From a virus (lineage: Duplodnaviria; Caudoviricetes), in the IMG/VR virus record IMGVR_UViG_3300006735_000038, positions 1 through 57,074 of that record: a stretch of DNA of 57,074 nt, one strand, 5' to 3'. A program made the translations under genes and the position numbers. Of the stretch, positions 37,033 to 46,622 are shown one piece after another (position 1 is the first letter of the stretch; each line of letters opens with the position of its first letter). The notes below the pieces were generated by a model. It searched no databases, was not told the origin of the DNA, and worked only from the letters and a program-made list of their open reading frames with translations.

Positions 37033-38571
37033 TTACTCAACACCAGAATTGGTGTCAACATCTTTGGGTTTTGTTACCGATAAATCAGGGTCAAAGTCTA
37101 AAGTAGACAATGAGGTAGCTACCTTTTCAAGTAGTTCTTGATGATCCATTTTTGTTGAAAAATGAATATCAACCCCAGAGTCACTCTTGAACGAGAACAC
37201 TGGAATATGGGCAACAGATTGCGTTACATCTAATGATTGCAATTCATCACACTTTACATGGAGAATGAACCCTGACTTTGCGCCTTTTTCTAACTCTAAA
37301 GAAGCAGGGGAATCAGCTAAATAACGCCCAACTCCTTCAATCAATTCTAGTGTAGAGTCTCGAAGTTCACCTGCTCCTCTAAGAGGAATCATTTCATTAT
37401 ACGCCATCATCAGCAATGCTAATGGATCTTTTAAGTAATCCGGCTTTTTCCTCATCCTCATTCCACATGATGGACAAGACCCTCCCATGTGGCCTTTATA
37501 GCCATCTTTAGCTTCCTCCACTTCGACACCTCCAAGATAATTATTGTGTGAATTTAAATTAGCGTTATCGTCGAAAGCTGCTAATGCTTTTCGGTATTCT
37601 TCAGGGGTTTCACATGGAAGATATCCTGCGCCTTCGGAGTGATAACCTTCACATCCAAATGTTTTTGCCCATGCAAGAGCAATATCTGGAGTAGCCCATG
37701 TGCCTTCGTCTGGTTCTGCATCTCTTATGCCTTCTGGCTCTTGTACGTTTTCTTTACGCATCATGTTTGCAGGAGGTTTTGCTTCATCTTCTTCAACTGG
37801 AACATAATTTGCTCTAACTCTGACTGGTTTCCCAATTTGGACTGATCCTTCAGTCATGTTAAAAGGAGCACGCCACATCATATTCGGTCCTGATTGGAAT
37901 ACAACCATTCCTTCATCAGAACTAATAATTTCTACTGGTTTACGCAATGCTTGAGAAATAGCTCTAGAAAGCATTGCAGACATTGATCCCATTTCCATTG
38001 AAGGTTTGTTCATGCCACCTTTTTCATCTTTAACTGATATAGTCCCTGTAAGTTGATTTGCGCCATGCAAAACTGGAGAAATCTCATATAGTTCAACTTC
38101 TTTTAAAACATTTGCTTGATTATTTGTATCAAAGTCAGCAGTTAGCGTTTTGTAACCTATTGACCACTCTTGTTCATTTCCGTAAAATGCTACGTTTGCA
38201 AAAGCTTCACGTCCTCTTTCAGTATTTAGATTAAACTGAACTTTTGCAAAAAGGCCCCCAATGCCAGCTTGTTTCATTTTGTTAGGTAGTCTTGGGTCAG
38301 ATGCAGGAACTTCATATATTTCTAAAACTTTTCCTATTGGCTGATTCCAGTCATGGCCCCAAACTACTCGTGGTTTTCTTCTTTTTAGGGAGCCATTGAA
38401 TGCTCCGCTCATAACTATGTCCCCAACAGAGTCTTTATTTCCTATTCCAGATACAAAACACTCTACGATTCCTTCAGCTTTGTCAATACCAATTTGACCT
38501 GATATTGCTTTAAACACAACATTGTCTTCAATTCGTCGTGCATCTTCCATATCAAAGATTGTTGCAGACAT
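37033..38571 (-). CDS. HK97-family prohead protease with long C-terminal extension
   Basis: GNKDSVGDIV..GAF, VVWGHDWNQPIG, EWSIGY, LKEVELYEISPVLHGAN. Start moved to ATG 38571, which has an AGGAG RBS. Confidence 0.9.
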   Translation of the reverse strand: MSATIFDMEDARRIEDNVVFKAISGQIGIDKAEGIVECFVSGIGNKDSVGDIVMSGAFNGSLKRRKPRVVWGHDWNQPIGKVLEIYEVPASDPRLPNKMKQAGIGGLFAKVQFNLNTERGREAFANVAFYGNEQEWSIGYKTLTADFDTNNQANVLKEVELYEISPVLHGANQLTGTISVKDEKGGMNKPSMEMGSMSAMLSRAISQALRKPVEIISSDEGMVVFQSGPNMMWRAPFNMTEGSVQIGKPVRVRANYVPVEEDEAKPPANMMRKENVQEPEGIRDAEPDEGTWATPDIALAWAKTFGCEGYHSEGAGYLPCETPEEYRKALAAFDDNANLNSHNNYLGGVEVEEAKDGYKGHMGGSCPSCGMRMRKKPDYLKDPLALLMMAYNEMIPLRGAGELRDSTLELIEGVGRYLADSPASLELEKGAKSGFILHVKCDELQSLDVTQSVAHIPVFSFKSDSGVDIHFSTKMDHQELLEKVATSLSTLDFDPDLSVTKPKDVDTNSGVE

Positions 38572-38662
38572 TTTTCTCCTAAAATAATTGAACTTCTTTA
38601 AGTATCCTATACCTTCAAACAAAGGCTAGTTTGACACATTATATAAACTCACTTTATATAAT

Positions 38663-39460
38663 CTATCTTACAAATTTTAGAACGCATCTGCAGTTAATAG
38701 TTAGATTTGGTGATGCTAATGGATCTTTAGGGAACCTGATTGGGGCTCCATTCACATAAAATGCACTGTTAACAGGTACTTCTTCGCCATTTAGATCTAG
38801 ATGTTGAATCCTAACCTTACCGTCTTTTCTAGAAACCCACTGCTTTTTTAGTGTAGGATCTCTCCTAAACATGCCCACACCTGCATCAAAAATACCCATA
38901 TTATAGGCTCCAAGAACCCCTGTCTCAACTATAAGATTTTTTCTCTTATTTCTTAGTTTATTGAAAATCATTTTAATCAAAATAGCAGCTATGTATGCTT
39001 TATAAACAACGTCTGTATCTCCATTCGCTTCATCACCCGCAAAAGATGCCGCAGTCTGTAAAGCAGTAATGACTTCCTCTTGCGTAGTGCTATTGAAGTT
39101 GTTTACAACTGCTAAATTTTCTGATAGTGCCGCATCGGCTATTTCTTTATCTACTTTAGTGCCAACACCCTCTTCAATAGTGTCTTCCACTCCCTTAACA
39201 TACGCCTTACTCATTTCATTTAATAATGGATTAGTCGATAATGTTAAGTCAGCTAAAGGTGCAACAGAAGAAAAGTCAGCGTCTTCACCAAGACCTAGCA
39301 ACGCCAAAGTAGTTGGCGAGTTCAAGTTATTGACAACAATTGCTTCTTGACTATCAATAATGTTGTCTAAAATTTCACCAAAAGACTTTTCTAAAGATTC
39401 AACTCGATAAAGAGTCTTTTCTTCCCAAGTAGCTATATTCTTATCATCAAGATTCTTCAT
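38663..39460 (-). CDS. Minor head protein, MuF/SPP1 gp7 family
   Basis: KQWVSRKDGKVR..H..LNG..V..F..P.DP..INCRC. Start is uncertain (ATG 39460 or 39499). Confidence 0.85.
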   Translation of the reverse strand: MKNLDDKNIATWEEKTLYRVESLEKSFGEILDNIIDSQEAIVVNNLNSPTTLALLGLGEDADFSSVAPLADLTLSTNPLLNEMSKAYVKGVEDTIEEGVGTKVDKEIADAALSENLAVVNNFNSTTQEEVITALQTAASFAGDEANGDTDVVYKAYIAAILIKMIFNKLRNKRKNLIVETGVLGAYNMGIFDAGVGMFRRDPTLKKQWVSRKDGKVRIQHLDLNGEEVPVNSAFYVNGAPIRFPKDPLASPNLTINCRCVLKFVR

Positions 39461-40949
39461 TAGAAAGCTCACTAGGTACTTGGGCGGCAGGTACTTCAAC
39501 CTGCTGAGTTCCTTGTACGTTTGCTAAACCTTCTCCACTAGGTACTTGAGCCGCAGGCGCTTCAATTAACTGTGTGCCTTGTACCTGACCTAAAGGCACA
39601 TATCTACCTGTTTCTGGATCAAATTCCCCAAGTTGTTGATTGCTTGCTGCTTGACCTTGCTGACCAAACGGAACTCCTGCTTCCAGAACATCTTCTGTGT
39701 CTTGATTCATTGGTTTTTCAGTATTAGCGATAGGTGTTTGATTTGGATTAGATAGTAGCGAATCAGCAATATCTGATTCTACTTTCTTTCGTCCAGCTGA
39801 CTCTCTATATTCATTGACACTGATTAATCCTAGCTGAAATTCAGTTAGATTATGCTTTTCTCTTTCTTGACTAGCTAGAACAAGCACAGGTACGTTAGTT
39901 ATGTCAAAATCAATAAAATTATCAGGATCAATTGCATCAAAAGACCTAGCTATCAAATCTAGATGAGGTGACATGGTTTCCATCCAAAAAACTTTACCTT
40001 CTTCCATAGCATTAGAGAAAGTCCTATTAGCAGAGTTACCTATAATTGATTCAGGCACACCAAACGCAGCTAGTATTTCTTCTTTGGTTATATTTCTCAT
40101 TTGCACATATGCCGCATCTCTAGGACTTGCCGCTGTGTCTACAAAGTCGGCACCATCATCTGATGAAATAACACCAACTGAACCAGCACGCCCAATGTTT
40201 CCTTGAAAACGAGATCTTAGCTCATCTTTGTCTTGCTCGTCTATTTCACTTCTTATGACTAGCAATCCTCCGGGTCGTCCGTCATTTATCAAAAAGTTTC
40301 TATTGTAAATTTTAGCTAAGCTTTCAAGCTCTATTGCAACTCCTGCTGCTTCCATAGGAGTCATGGACAAGTAAGGGTCTAGCGGATGGGGGCGTCTTAT
40401 CCAAATAACGTTCTGTGGTTTTATCGTTCTTTTCTCGTGAGCGCTTATCTTTACTTCAAACCCTTTTACAAACTTGTTAACATCAGGAATCGGTGAAGTG
40501 TTCTGTGGAGGCAGAAGATGTAACGCAATAGGCATCCCGCCTCTTCCTCTAACAATTTCAACAAACACCCCTCTACTGCTCATAAGAAGCTGAGATGATA
40601 ATCGATATCTAAAAGCGAAAGCGTTTTCTCCATTATTAGCTGTGTTGTTAAAAAGTTTTAACAAATCATCTTCTTGAACTATCTCTCCAAAAGGACTGTT
40701 GTCTTTACGGAGAATCATAGGTAATCGTGCTTGATTAGACGATATAACGTCAATGCACCTAAATACCCATGTTACCTGAGATACACCCTCTTTATATGCC
40801 TTTACAATATCCCAACCATCATGGTAGCCTGATCCTTTTTGCAGAGAAGGGCTGTATGAAATTGGAGCACCTACTGAAATAGGCATGGCTTTTGACGCTG
40901 CGTTACGTAAAGCGTCTTCCAAAGATTTGTTAGAAGTGTTCCAAGCCAT
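39447..40949 (-). CDS. Portal protein, HK97 family
   Basis: WVFRCIDVIS..ARLP, NFLINDGRPGGLL, EEILAAFGVP..IG, GLISVNEYR. Confidence 0.92.
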   Translation of the reverse strand: MAWNTSNKSLEDALRNAASKAMPISVGAPISYSPSLQKGSGYHDGWDIVKAYKEGVSQVTWVFRCIDVISSNQARLPMILRKDNSPFGEIVQEDDLLKLFNNTANNGENAFAFRYRLSSQLLMSSRGVFVEIVRGRGGMPIALHLLPPQNTSPIPDVNKFVKGFEVKISAHEKRTIKPQNVIWIRRPHPLDPYLSMTPMEAAGVAIELESLAKIYNRNFLINDGRPGGLLVIRSEIDEQDKDELRSRFQGNIGRAGSVGVISSDDGADFVDTAASPRDAAYVQMRNITKEEILAAFGVPESIIGNSANRTFSNAMEEGKVFWMETMSPHLDLIARSFDAIDPDNFIDFDITNVPVLVLASQEREKHNLTEFQLGLISVNEYRESAGRKKVESDIADSLLSNPNQTPIANTEKPMNQDTEDVLEAGVPFGQQGQAASNQQLGEFDPETGRYVPLGQVQGTQLIEAPAAQVPSGEGLANVQGTQQVEVPAAQVPSELSNEES

Positions 40950-40952
40950 TTA

Positions 40953-41111
40953 TTAATCTGCTCCTAAAAGGACTCCATATATTCCACAACACAAGCCACC
41001 ACTTGCTAAACCCCACCCTAAACTTAGTATACTAATACCAACTAGGATTAGACCTATAGAAATTACCATTAAGGTATGGGCCGCAAATGTACGACTCAAA
41101 AATTTCTTCAT
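40953..41111 (-). CDS. Small 2-TM membrane protein upstream of portal (52 aa, not in ORF track)
   Basis: MKKFLSRTFAAHTLMVISIGLILVGISILSLGWGLASGGLCCGIYGVLLGAD*; TAAAGT lies 6 nt upstream of the ATG. Confidence 0.7.
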   Translation of the reverse strand: MKKFLSRTFAAHTLMVISIGLILVGISILSLGWGLASGGLCCGIYGVLLGAD

Positions 41112-41152
41112 AATAATACTTTACCGTTATTTTGCACAGGAGACAAGCAAAT

Positions 41153-42469
41153 ATGTCCACAGAAGCAGCGGATTGGCAAAAAATCAAAGAATACTTAGAA
41201 CCTAAAGGGTCAAACTATTGGATAGAAGAGCCGTCTTTGACACAAAAAGTCTTTCTGAAGTCTGAAACAACAGAAGTTCTTTTTGGTGGTGCAGCAGGTG
41301 GGGGAAAGAGCTCAGCCTTACTTATGGCAGCTTTACAATATGTTGATATCCCAAATTATTCTGCTATTCTCTTTCGACGGACATATGCTGACTTAGCTTT
41401 GCCCGGAGCACTCATGGACAGGTTCAGAGAGTGGGTCAGTGAATACGATGACGTTCACTGGAACTCTAATATGTACACAGCCACATTTCCCAGCGGGGCA
41501 AGAATAACTTTCGGATACTTAAATAATGTAAATGACTATCTTCGATATAAAGGTTCAGAGTTTCAGTTTATTGGCATGGACGAAGTTACAGAAATTAGAG
41601 AAGCTGATTATAGGTATATGTTCTCTCGTTTACGTCGCCCTGCGAATGGTCCACTATCTACGGTTCCGCTTAGAATGCGTGCCGCAACAAACCCTGCTCC
41701 AAATTGGGTAAGGCAACGTTTTCTTGTCGAAGGTAAAGAACACGGACGAATATTTATACCGTCTAAACTAACAGACAATCCCGGAATTGACCCAGACTCA
41801 TATCGTGCAGTACTGGCAGAACTAGACCCAATCGAACGTAAGAGGCTTGAGTTCGGTGACTGGTGGGCAACTACCTTAGGATCAATGTTCGACAGAACTA
41901 GCTTTATTACTTTAGAGCCAAACGAGATGCCAAGCTTTTCAAAAAATGCGTCACTAGTAAGATTCTGGGATTTAGCCGCAACTGAACCAACTCCGTCTAA
42001 TCCAGATCCTGACTGGACAGTCGGCTGTCTCGCAGCTTTTGAAAATGGAATATTCTACATAATAGATATCAGACGAATAAGAGCTAAAGGTGATAAAATA
42101 GAAAGCTTTATACGGCAGACCGCAATAGAAGACGGTCCTGAGATACCTATACGAATGGAACAAGAACCCGGATCTGCTGGTAAAAACTTACTTGACCAAT
42201 ATGCACGTTACGTTCTTCAGGGATATGATTTTACTGGACAACGTGCTACAGGTGATAAACAAACAAGAGCAAAACCACTATCAGCCGCAGTAGCAAACGG
42301 AAATGTTCGATTATTAGAAGGAGCATGGAACACTGACTTTATTGACGAGATGTCTGCGTTTCCTGAAGCTAATGTTCATGACGACCAAGTGGATGCAGCA
42401 GTCCATGCTTTCAACCATTGCGCAGGGCTAGGTATGGGCCTAAGGCGCAAAATAGAAATTATAATCTAG
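41153..42469 (+). CDS. terL: Terminase large subunit
   Basis: Walker A FGGAAGGGKS, Walker B FIGMDE, ATNP coupling motif, nuclease motifs RFWDLAAT and HDDQVDA; AGGAG RBS before ATG 41153. Confidence 0.95.
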   Translation: MSTEAADWQKIKEYLEPKGSNYWIEEPSLTQKVFLKSETTEVLFGGAAGGGKSSALLMAALQYVDIPNYSAILFRRTYADLALPGALMDRFREWVSEYDDVHWNSNMYTATFPSGARITFGYLNNVNDYLRYKGSEFQFIGMDEVTEIREADYRYMFSRLRRPANGPLSTVPLRMRAATNPAPNWVRQRFLVEGKEHGRIFIPSKLTDNPGIDPDSYRAVLAELDPIERKRLEFGDWWATTLGSMFDRTSFITLEPNEMPSFSKNASLVRFWDLAATEPTPSNPDPDWTVGCLAAFENGIFYIIDIRRIRAKGDKIESFIRQTAIEDGPEIPIRMEQEPGSAGKNLLDQYARYVLQGYDFTGQRATGDKQTRAKPLSAAVANGNVRLLEGAWNTDFIDEMSAFPEANVHDDQVDAAVHAFNHCAGLGMGLRRKIEIII

Positions 42470-42636
42470 TCTACTTCCATTTCTTGCATGAAGATTCTTT
42501 GAGCATCATAAAGCTTTTGCCGATATTCAGTTCGTTCAGGGTCTACTCTATCCTTAGACGCTTCTATTGCCGATAAGGCTGCAACAGCTACATCAAAAGG
42601 CAAAGTTATTGTGATATCTTTTTTATCGCCATCCAT
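42466..42636 (-). CDS. Small hypothetical protein (56 aa, not in ORF track)
   Basis: MDGDKKDITITLPFDVAVAALSAIEASKDRVDPERTEYRQKLYDAQRIFMQEMEVD*; TAATG coupling to the upstream gene; its stop overlaps the terL stop. Confidence 0.6.
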   Translation of the reverse strand: MDGDKKDITITLPFDVAVAALSAIEASKDRVDPERTEYRQKLYDAQRIFMQEMEVD

Positions 42637-42857
42637 TAAAACAAAGTTTCTGTTTGCTTAAATCTTCCACTTTTAATTTGCTTTTGCCTATCAATGCACG
42701 CAGAATGCGCCCATGCTTCTGGCTCAGACATGAAGGCTAATGAGTTGCTACCGCCTTGTTCACGAATTTGTGCCCACCCCGAAACTTTTCTATAAGCGCC
42801 GACACTAATTTCAACGTAGTCATCACAATAGTAACACTTCTTTTTTTCTTTTGCCAC
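42636..42857 (-). CDS. Small Cys/His (Zn-binding?) protein
   Basis: CYYC...HSAC; coupled to both neighbours. Confidence 0.55.
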   Translation of the reverse strand: MAKEKKKCYYCDDYVEISVGAYRKVSGWAQIREQGGSNSLAFMSEPEAWAHSACIDRQKQIKSGRFKQTETLF

Positions 42858-43804
42858 TAAATCTCCTTTAAAAAGTTAAAAAGCTGTACTTTTAGTCTAT
42901 GGCTAAAATTATCTATCTCTAAGCAGTGTTGCGCCGCTTCTGCATCTGGAATATTTCTGTGGAAGTCAATGTACTCGTTTAATGCATTTAAGAGCGCCCA
43001 CTTTGTCTGACCAAACACACCTTTGTTATAATCTGTTCTAAACAACTCATTTATTTTCTCATGCACAGACTCTGCATGCTGTCTTTTCTTTTTAGTGTTT
43101 GCTTTATCCAAAGACCAAAATTTATTCAAAGTAAGAGTAACTTTATCATCTGTAATCTTAACTTGCAAATCTTGTAAAGCAGAAACTACCTCAGATGACC
43201 ATTCTTCTCTCATATGTAAAACTTCTTGGGCTTCCTCCAACCTATCTTTAGCATTTGGAGTATGCCTCTTTTTCAAAACAAAGTCATGCTGTTTAGAGTC
43301 TATTCTGTAAACTGATTTGTTTTTGCGACGAACATCTAAATTGTAGTAACACACTGGCATGCTACCATCATGGGAAGTCATTACGACTACATACGAGTCT
43401 ATATATTCAAGTACATCTCCGACTTGTAACGAGTGCCCTGAAGTTTTAATGCTAACGTAGAACTTTCTACCGTCATCTAAAACGCCACAGTTATGCAAAG
43501 ATGTTGCACTAGAAGACTTTTCTACAATTGCTAAGGCTTTATCAACAATTAAGCTGTTGGGCAATATTTCATATCTACCTTTTACAACTTCCCAGTTATC
43601 TAAAAAATCTGTTTCTGGATTGATTCTTCCAGTAACGTATCGGTCTGGAACAGAAACAAAAGCTTCAAGGTTCTTATCATAAACTTGAACTGGATTCAAA
43701 ACAACAATGTAGTCTGCTTTACTTTTTGATAGGATTTCTTCCTTAGTGAAAGACTCATTAATTGAAATTCCAAGAGAGTCCCATTGCTTTTGCTTGGGAG
43801 TCAT
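42857..43804 (-). CDS. DUF932/DUF945-like phage/plasmid protein
   Basis: GVLDDGRKFY, YVVVMTSHDGS, RHT.NA, TKWALLNALNEYIDFHR. Confidence 0.75.
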   Translation of the reverse strand: MTPKQKQWDSLGISINESFTKEEILSKSKADYIVVLNPVQVYDKNLEAFVSVPDRYVTGRINPETDFLDNWEVVKGRYEILPNSLIVDKALAIVEKSSSATSLHNCGVLDDGRKFYVSIKTSGHSLQVGDVLEYIDSYVVVMTSHDGSMPVCYYNLDVRRKNKSVYRIDSKQHDFVLKKRHTPNAKDRLEEAQEVLHMREEWSSEVVSALQDLQVKITDDKVTLTLNKFWSLDKANTKKKRQHAESVHEKINELFRTDYNKGVFGQTKWALLNALNEYIDFHRNIPDAEAAQHCLEIDNFSHRLKVQLFNFLKEI

Positions 43805-44322
43805 ACGTGATCTGGTAAACCTGTGCGTCTCTCTATATGAATTTCTTCACCAGTTTTTGACTCTATCGGCACCCATGCTTTTGAGTATGAGTACTTTTTA
43901 AGGTTTCTTGATTTCAAAAGGTTGCCTGTCTTCAAAATATCAAACTCTTCTGGTTCCATAATAAGCATATCTTGTATTTCAGTATCAGTATATTTTTCGG
44001 TCATTCTAATGAACTTCATAACTCTGGCTAAATACTTTCCAACCGAAATACTTCTATACCTATTTAACTGAATATGCAGTATCATGGCATCCACATCATC
44101 AACGTCTACAACTACAACTGGAACTTCTTTTATATTGTTTCTGTGTGCAAGCGCCCAACGATGGTAACCATCAATAATTGTGCCATCAGGTTTAATAGTC
44201 AAAGGATGCAACATCCCGTACTTTTTTATTGATTTGACTAAAACTTTTCTATCTGATCCGGGCACATGTCCGATTGTTTGCCACTTTGAAGGTTTTAAGT
44301 CAGATGTTTTTGCATAGTCCAT
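43801..44322 (-). CDS. ParB/Srx-domain protein, IbrB-like
   Basis: LVKSIKKYGMLHPL..IIDGYHRW..VPVVVV..LNRYR; follows the IbrA-like gene. Likely start ATG 44322. Confidence 0.75.
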   Translation of the reverse strand: MDYAKTSDLKPSKWQTIGHVPGSDRKVLVKSIKKYGMLHPLTIKPDGTIIDGYHRWALAHRNNIKEVPVVVVDVDDVDAMILHIQLNRYRSISVGKYLARVMKFIRMTEKYTDTEIQDMLIMEPEEFDILKTGNLLKSRNLKKYSYSKAWVPIESKTGEEIHIERRTGLPDHV

Positions 44323-44353
44323 AATTATAGAATATTCTAAATTTTGTAAAAAG

Positions 44354-45469
44354 TCAACTTTGGTCTTGTCTTCGGAGTCGATCTGATCTTGTTCTTGGCC
44401 CAATCGGAACAGGTGATCCCCAAATCTCAGAGATCATCAAAGTCCTAACACAACTTTCAATCGGATATCCGTATGGGTCTTTGGCTCTTGCTTGTTTGAA
44501 TTGATGTGCAAATACCATAGCTCTTTTTTTCAAACCCGGAGTCATATACGTATTCTCAATGCATTCTCTCACTCCATCCCATCCATTTGAAGCATATGAC
44601 ATAATAGCTTTTTCAACATCGTACTCAGGCCAAAGACGTCGGTGTCCATCCATGTGTGGGAAAATTTCAATAATCCTGTCGTAAAACTCTGGCTCAGTTC
44701 TGATAACATCCGCTATTCTTCGTGCAGCAATAATGTGTACAGCCATACCAACTCTTTGATTAGCTCTACCTAAGTAAGCTAAATCATAATACTCTGAAAA
44801 AGTTCCATTATGCTCTTCAGTGACAAACTTCATAACATCATCGGTTCCCCAGTCATATATAGGTCTAGTTAGTCTTAATGGGATAGATTTAGATAATCCC
44901 TTAGGTCGAGTTATATAGTTCTCATGAAGTTTTTGCACAACAGTTCTGTAACGAAGCATTGACTCATTTGCTCTAATACCTAGAAGAAAAGCTACTCTTC
45001 CTGATTTGCCTTGCATCAGGTATTCATCCATTTTTCTAGAAATCGTTTTGGTCCGATCTTCACCAAAGTGTTCAGCAGTTATCGCATGTTTTGGTATGTC
45101 AGTAAACAGTCTTCCTTCTGACTCTCGCATTGCGCTCCAAGTTAATAAGAACTCTCTTTGTCCCAAGCAAAACAGTTCGCTAAACGTAGGCAAGCAATAC
45201 CATTCCATATCAACCCAGTCATACTCACTCACTTCTTTAACAAACTTAGTCACAGAAGGGGCAACAAACTCTTCATCTCTGTACAAAACTTTAACAGGGC
45301 CTAGCCCTCTTTTCTCATGGATCTCTTTAGCTAAATACAACATCGCAGTTGAGTCTTTACCACCAGAAAAACAAACACATACAGTATCAAACGTGTCATA
45401 AATGTGCTCTAATCTTTTTCTGGAAGCATCAACACAGTTTATGTCTAAAAACATTCTTTTTCTTGGCAT
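44354..45469 (-). CDS. PAPS-reductase-superfamily PP-loop protein, IbrA-like
   Basis: FSGGKDST PP-loop, YRDEE, WYCLP, LGIRANES..RYR, PIYDW..DV. Confidence 0.85.
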   Translation of the reverse strand: MPRKRMFLDINCVDASRKRLEHIYDTFDTVCVCFSGGKDSTAMLYLAKEIHEKRGLGPVKVLYRDEEFVAPSVTKFVKEVSEYDWVDMEWYCLPTFSELFCLGQREFLLTWSAMRESEGRLFTDIPKHAITAEHFGEDRTKTISRKMDEYLMQGKSGRVAFLLGIRANESMLRYRTVVQKLHENYITRPKGLSKSIPLRLTRPIYDWGTDDVMKFVTEEHNGTFSEYYDLAYLGRANQRVGMAVHIIAARRIADVIRTEPEFYDRIIEIFPHMDGHRRLWPEYDVEKAIMSYASNGWDGVRECIENTYMTPGLKKRAMVFAHQFKQARAKDPYGYPIESCVRTLMISEIWGSPVPIGPRTRSDRLRRQDQS

Positions 45470-45471
45470 GC

Positions 45472-46257
45472 TTATTGATCCATATTTTGGTTGATAAAGT
45501 CAAGAATTTGCTCAGCAGAAGTGTCACCCGAGTATTTATCTGACGACTTAATGTGTCGTAAAAAGTCATACCATTCTCTTTGCTGATTTGTGTCTTCAAA
45601 AACTAACGTATATTGCACTGTTACTTTTTTATTAGACGTCACAGGCGTGACAGTGCTTCCTTGAGTCACTATATCCTCAGTACTTGATGTTGGATTAAAA
45701 GACTTTCCGCCTTCACCACTATCAGGAAGCTCATCTACAAACTTATGATCTGAATCATCTGGCTGTGGCGAAACAATTATTTGAGGTGCTTGCCATCCCT
45801 CATTACTGTCTAAAGCTCTAGACTCTTGTATGACAGAATTTTCAATAGCTGTAACAGCAAAATCATCCCAACCTAACAAATCAAAAAACTCAGGGTCAGC
45901 CTCTGAAACATCTGAAATAAGGTCATACAGGCTCTGCTTATCTATTTCCCCAAGTTCAGATATCCTATTATCTGCTAATGAAAATGCAATTGCGTCTTCC
46001 TCATTCAAGTCCACTATAGAAACAGCTATCTCATCCCAGCCTAATTCTTTAGCTGCTGCCAACTGATGATTTCCTGCTATAACCGTAACTTTCCCACTAA
46101 GATCTCTCACCGCTACAATTGGTTTTAGTTGCCCAAATTTATTGTAAGAAGCTTTGATAGCATCAACATCTCCAATTCGTGCATTGCCTTCTAACGGAGT
46201 AAGCGAGTTTATATCTACCGCTAAGTACCTTATCGCATCATCTATTTTGTCTATCAT
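45472..46257 (-). CDS. ParB-like N-terminal domain protein
   Basis: L.P..GNAR..V.AIK.S..KFGQ..PIV..VIAGNH..AAKELGW..LADNR. Confidence 0.8.
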   Translation of the reverse strand: MIDKIDDAIRYLAVDINSLTPLEGNARIGDVDAIKASYNKFGQLKPIVAVRDLSGKVTVIAGNHQLAAAKELGWDEIAVSIVDLNEEDAIAFSLADNRISELGEIDKQSLYDLISDVSEADPEFFDLLGWDDFAVTAIENSVIQESRALDSNEGWQAPQIIVSPQPDDSDHKFVDELPDSGEGGKSFNPTSSTEDIVTQGSTVTPVTSNKKVTVQYTLVFEDTNQQREWYDFLRHIKSSDKYSGDTSAEQILDFINQNMDQ

Positions 46258-46613
46258 TAAAACTTCACCTGAGATCTAACATTAGCTGCAAGAGTTCGTA
46301 AAGCATCACAAGCAGTTCGTAGGGAATGCAACTTTTCTCTCTTGGCTTTTACTAAAGCTTCAGCAACTAATGTTTCGTAGTGCAACTCGCTTGTCTTGTA
46401 ACCCGCCCAGCTTTCTTTTTGCTTTACTGCCCCTTCAGCAGCAAGATATTCTTTAAACCAATTCTTCTTGTATTCCGCTTCTTTTACAGCATGCTCTTTA
46501 ACTAAAATTTCAAAGTCTTCAGTTTCTTTTTCCATCTGCTGGGTAATGCGTATAAGCTCTGTTTCTATTTCGACTGAGCTAATTGGTTTTGATCTATTAA
46601 ACGAATCATTCAT
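46257..46613 (-). CDS. Hypothetical coiled-coil protein
   Basis: 118 aa, helical; TAAAAT lies 6 nt upstream of the ATG. Confidence 0.6.
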   Translation of the reverse strand: MNDSFNRSKPISSVEIETELIRITQQMEKETEDFEILVKEHAVKEAEYKKNWFKEYLAAEGAVKQKESWAGYKTSELHYETLVAEALVKAKREKLHSLRTACDALRTLAANVRSQVKF

Positions 46614-46622
46614 AACTATATT

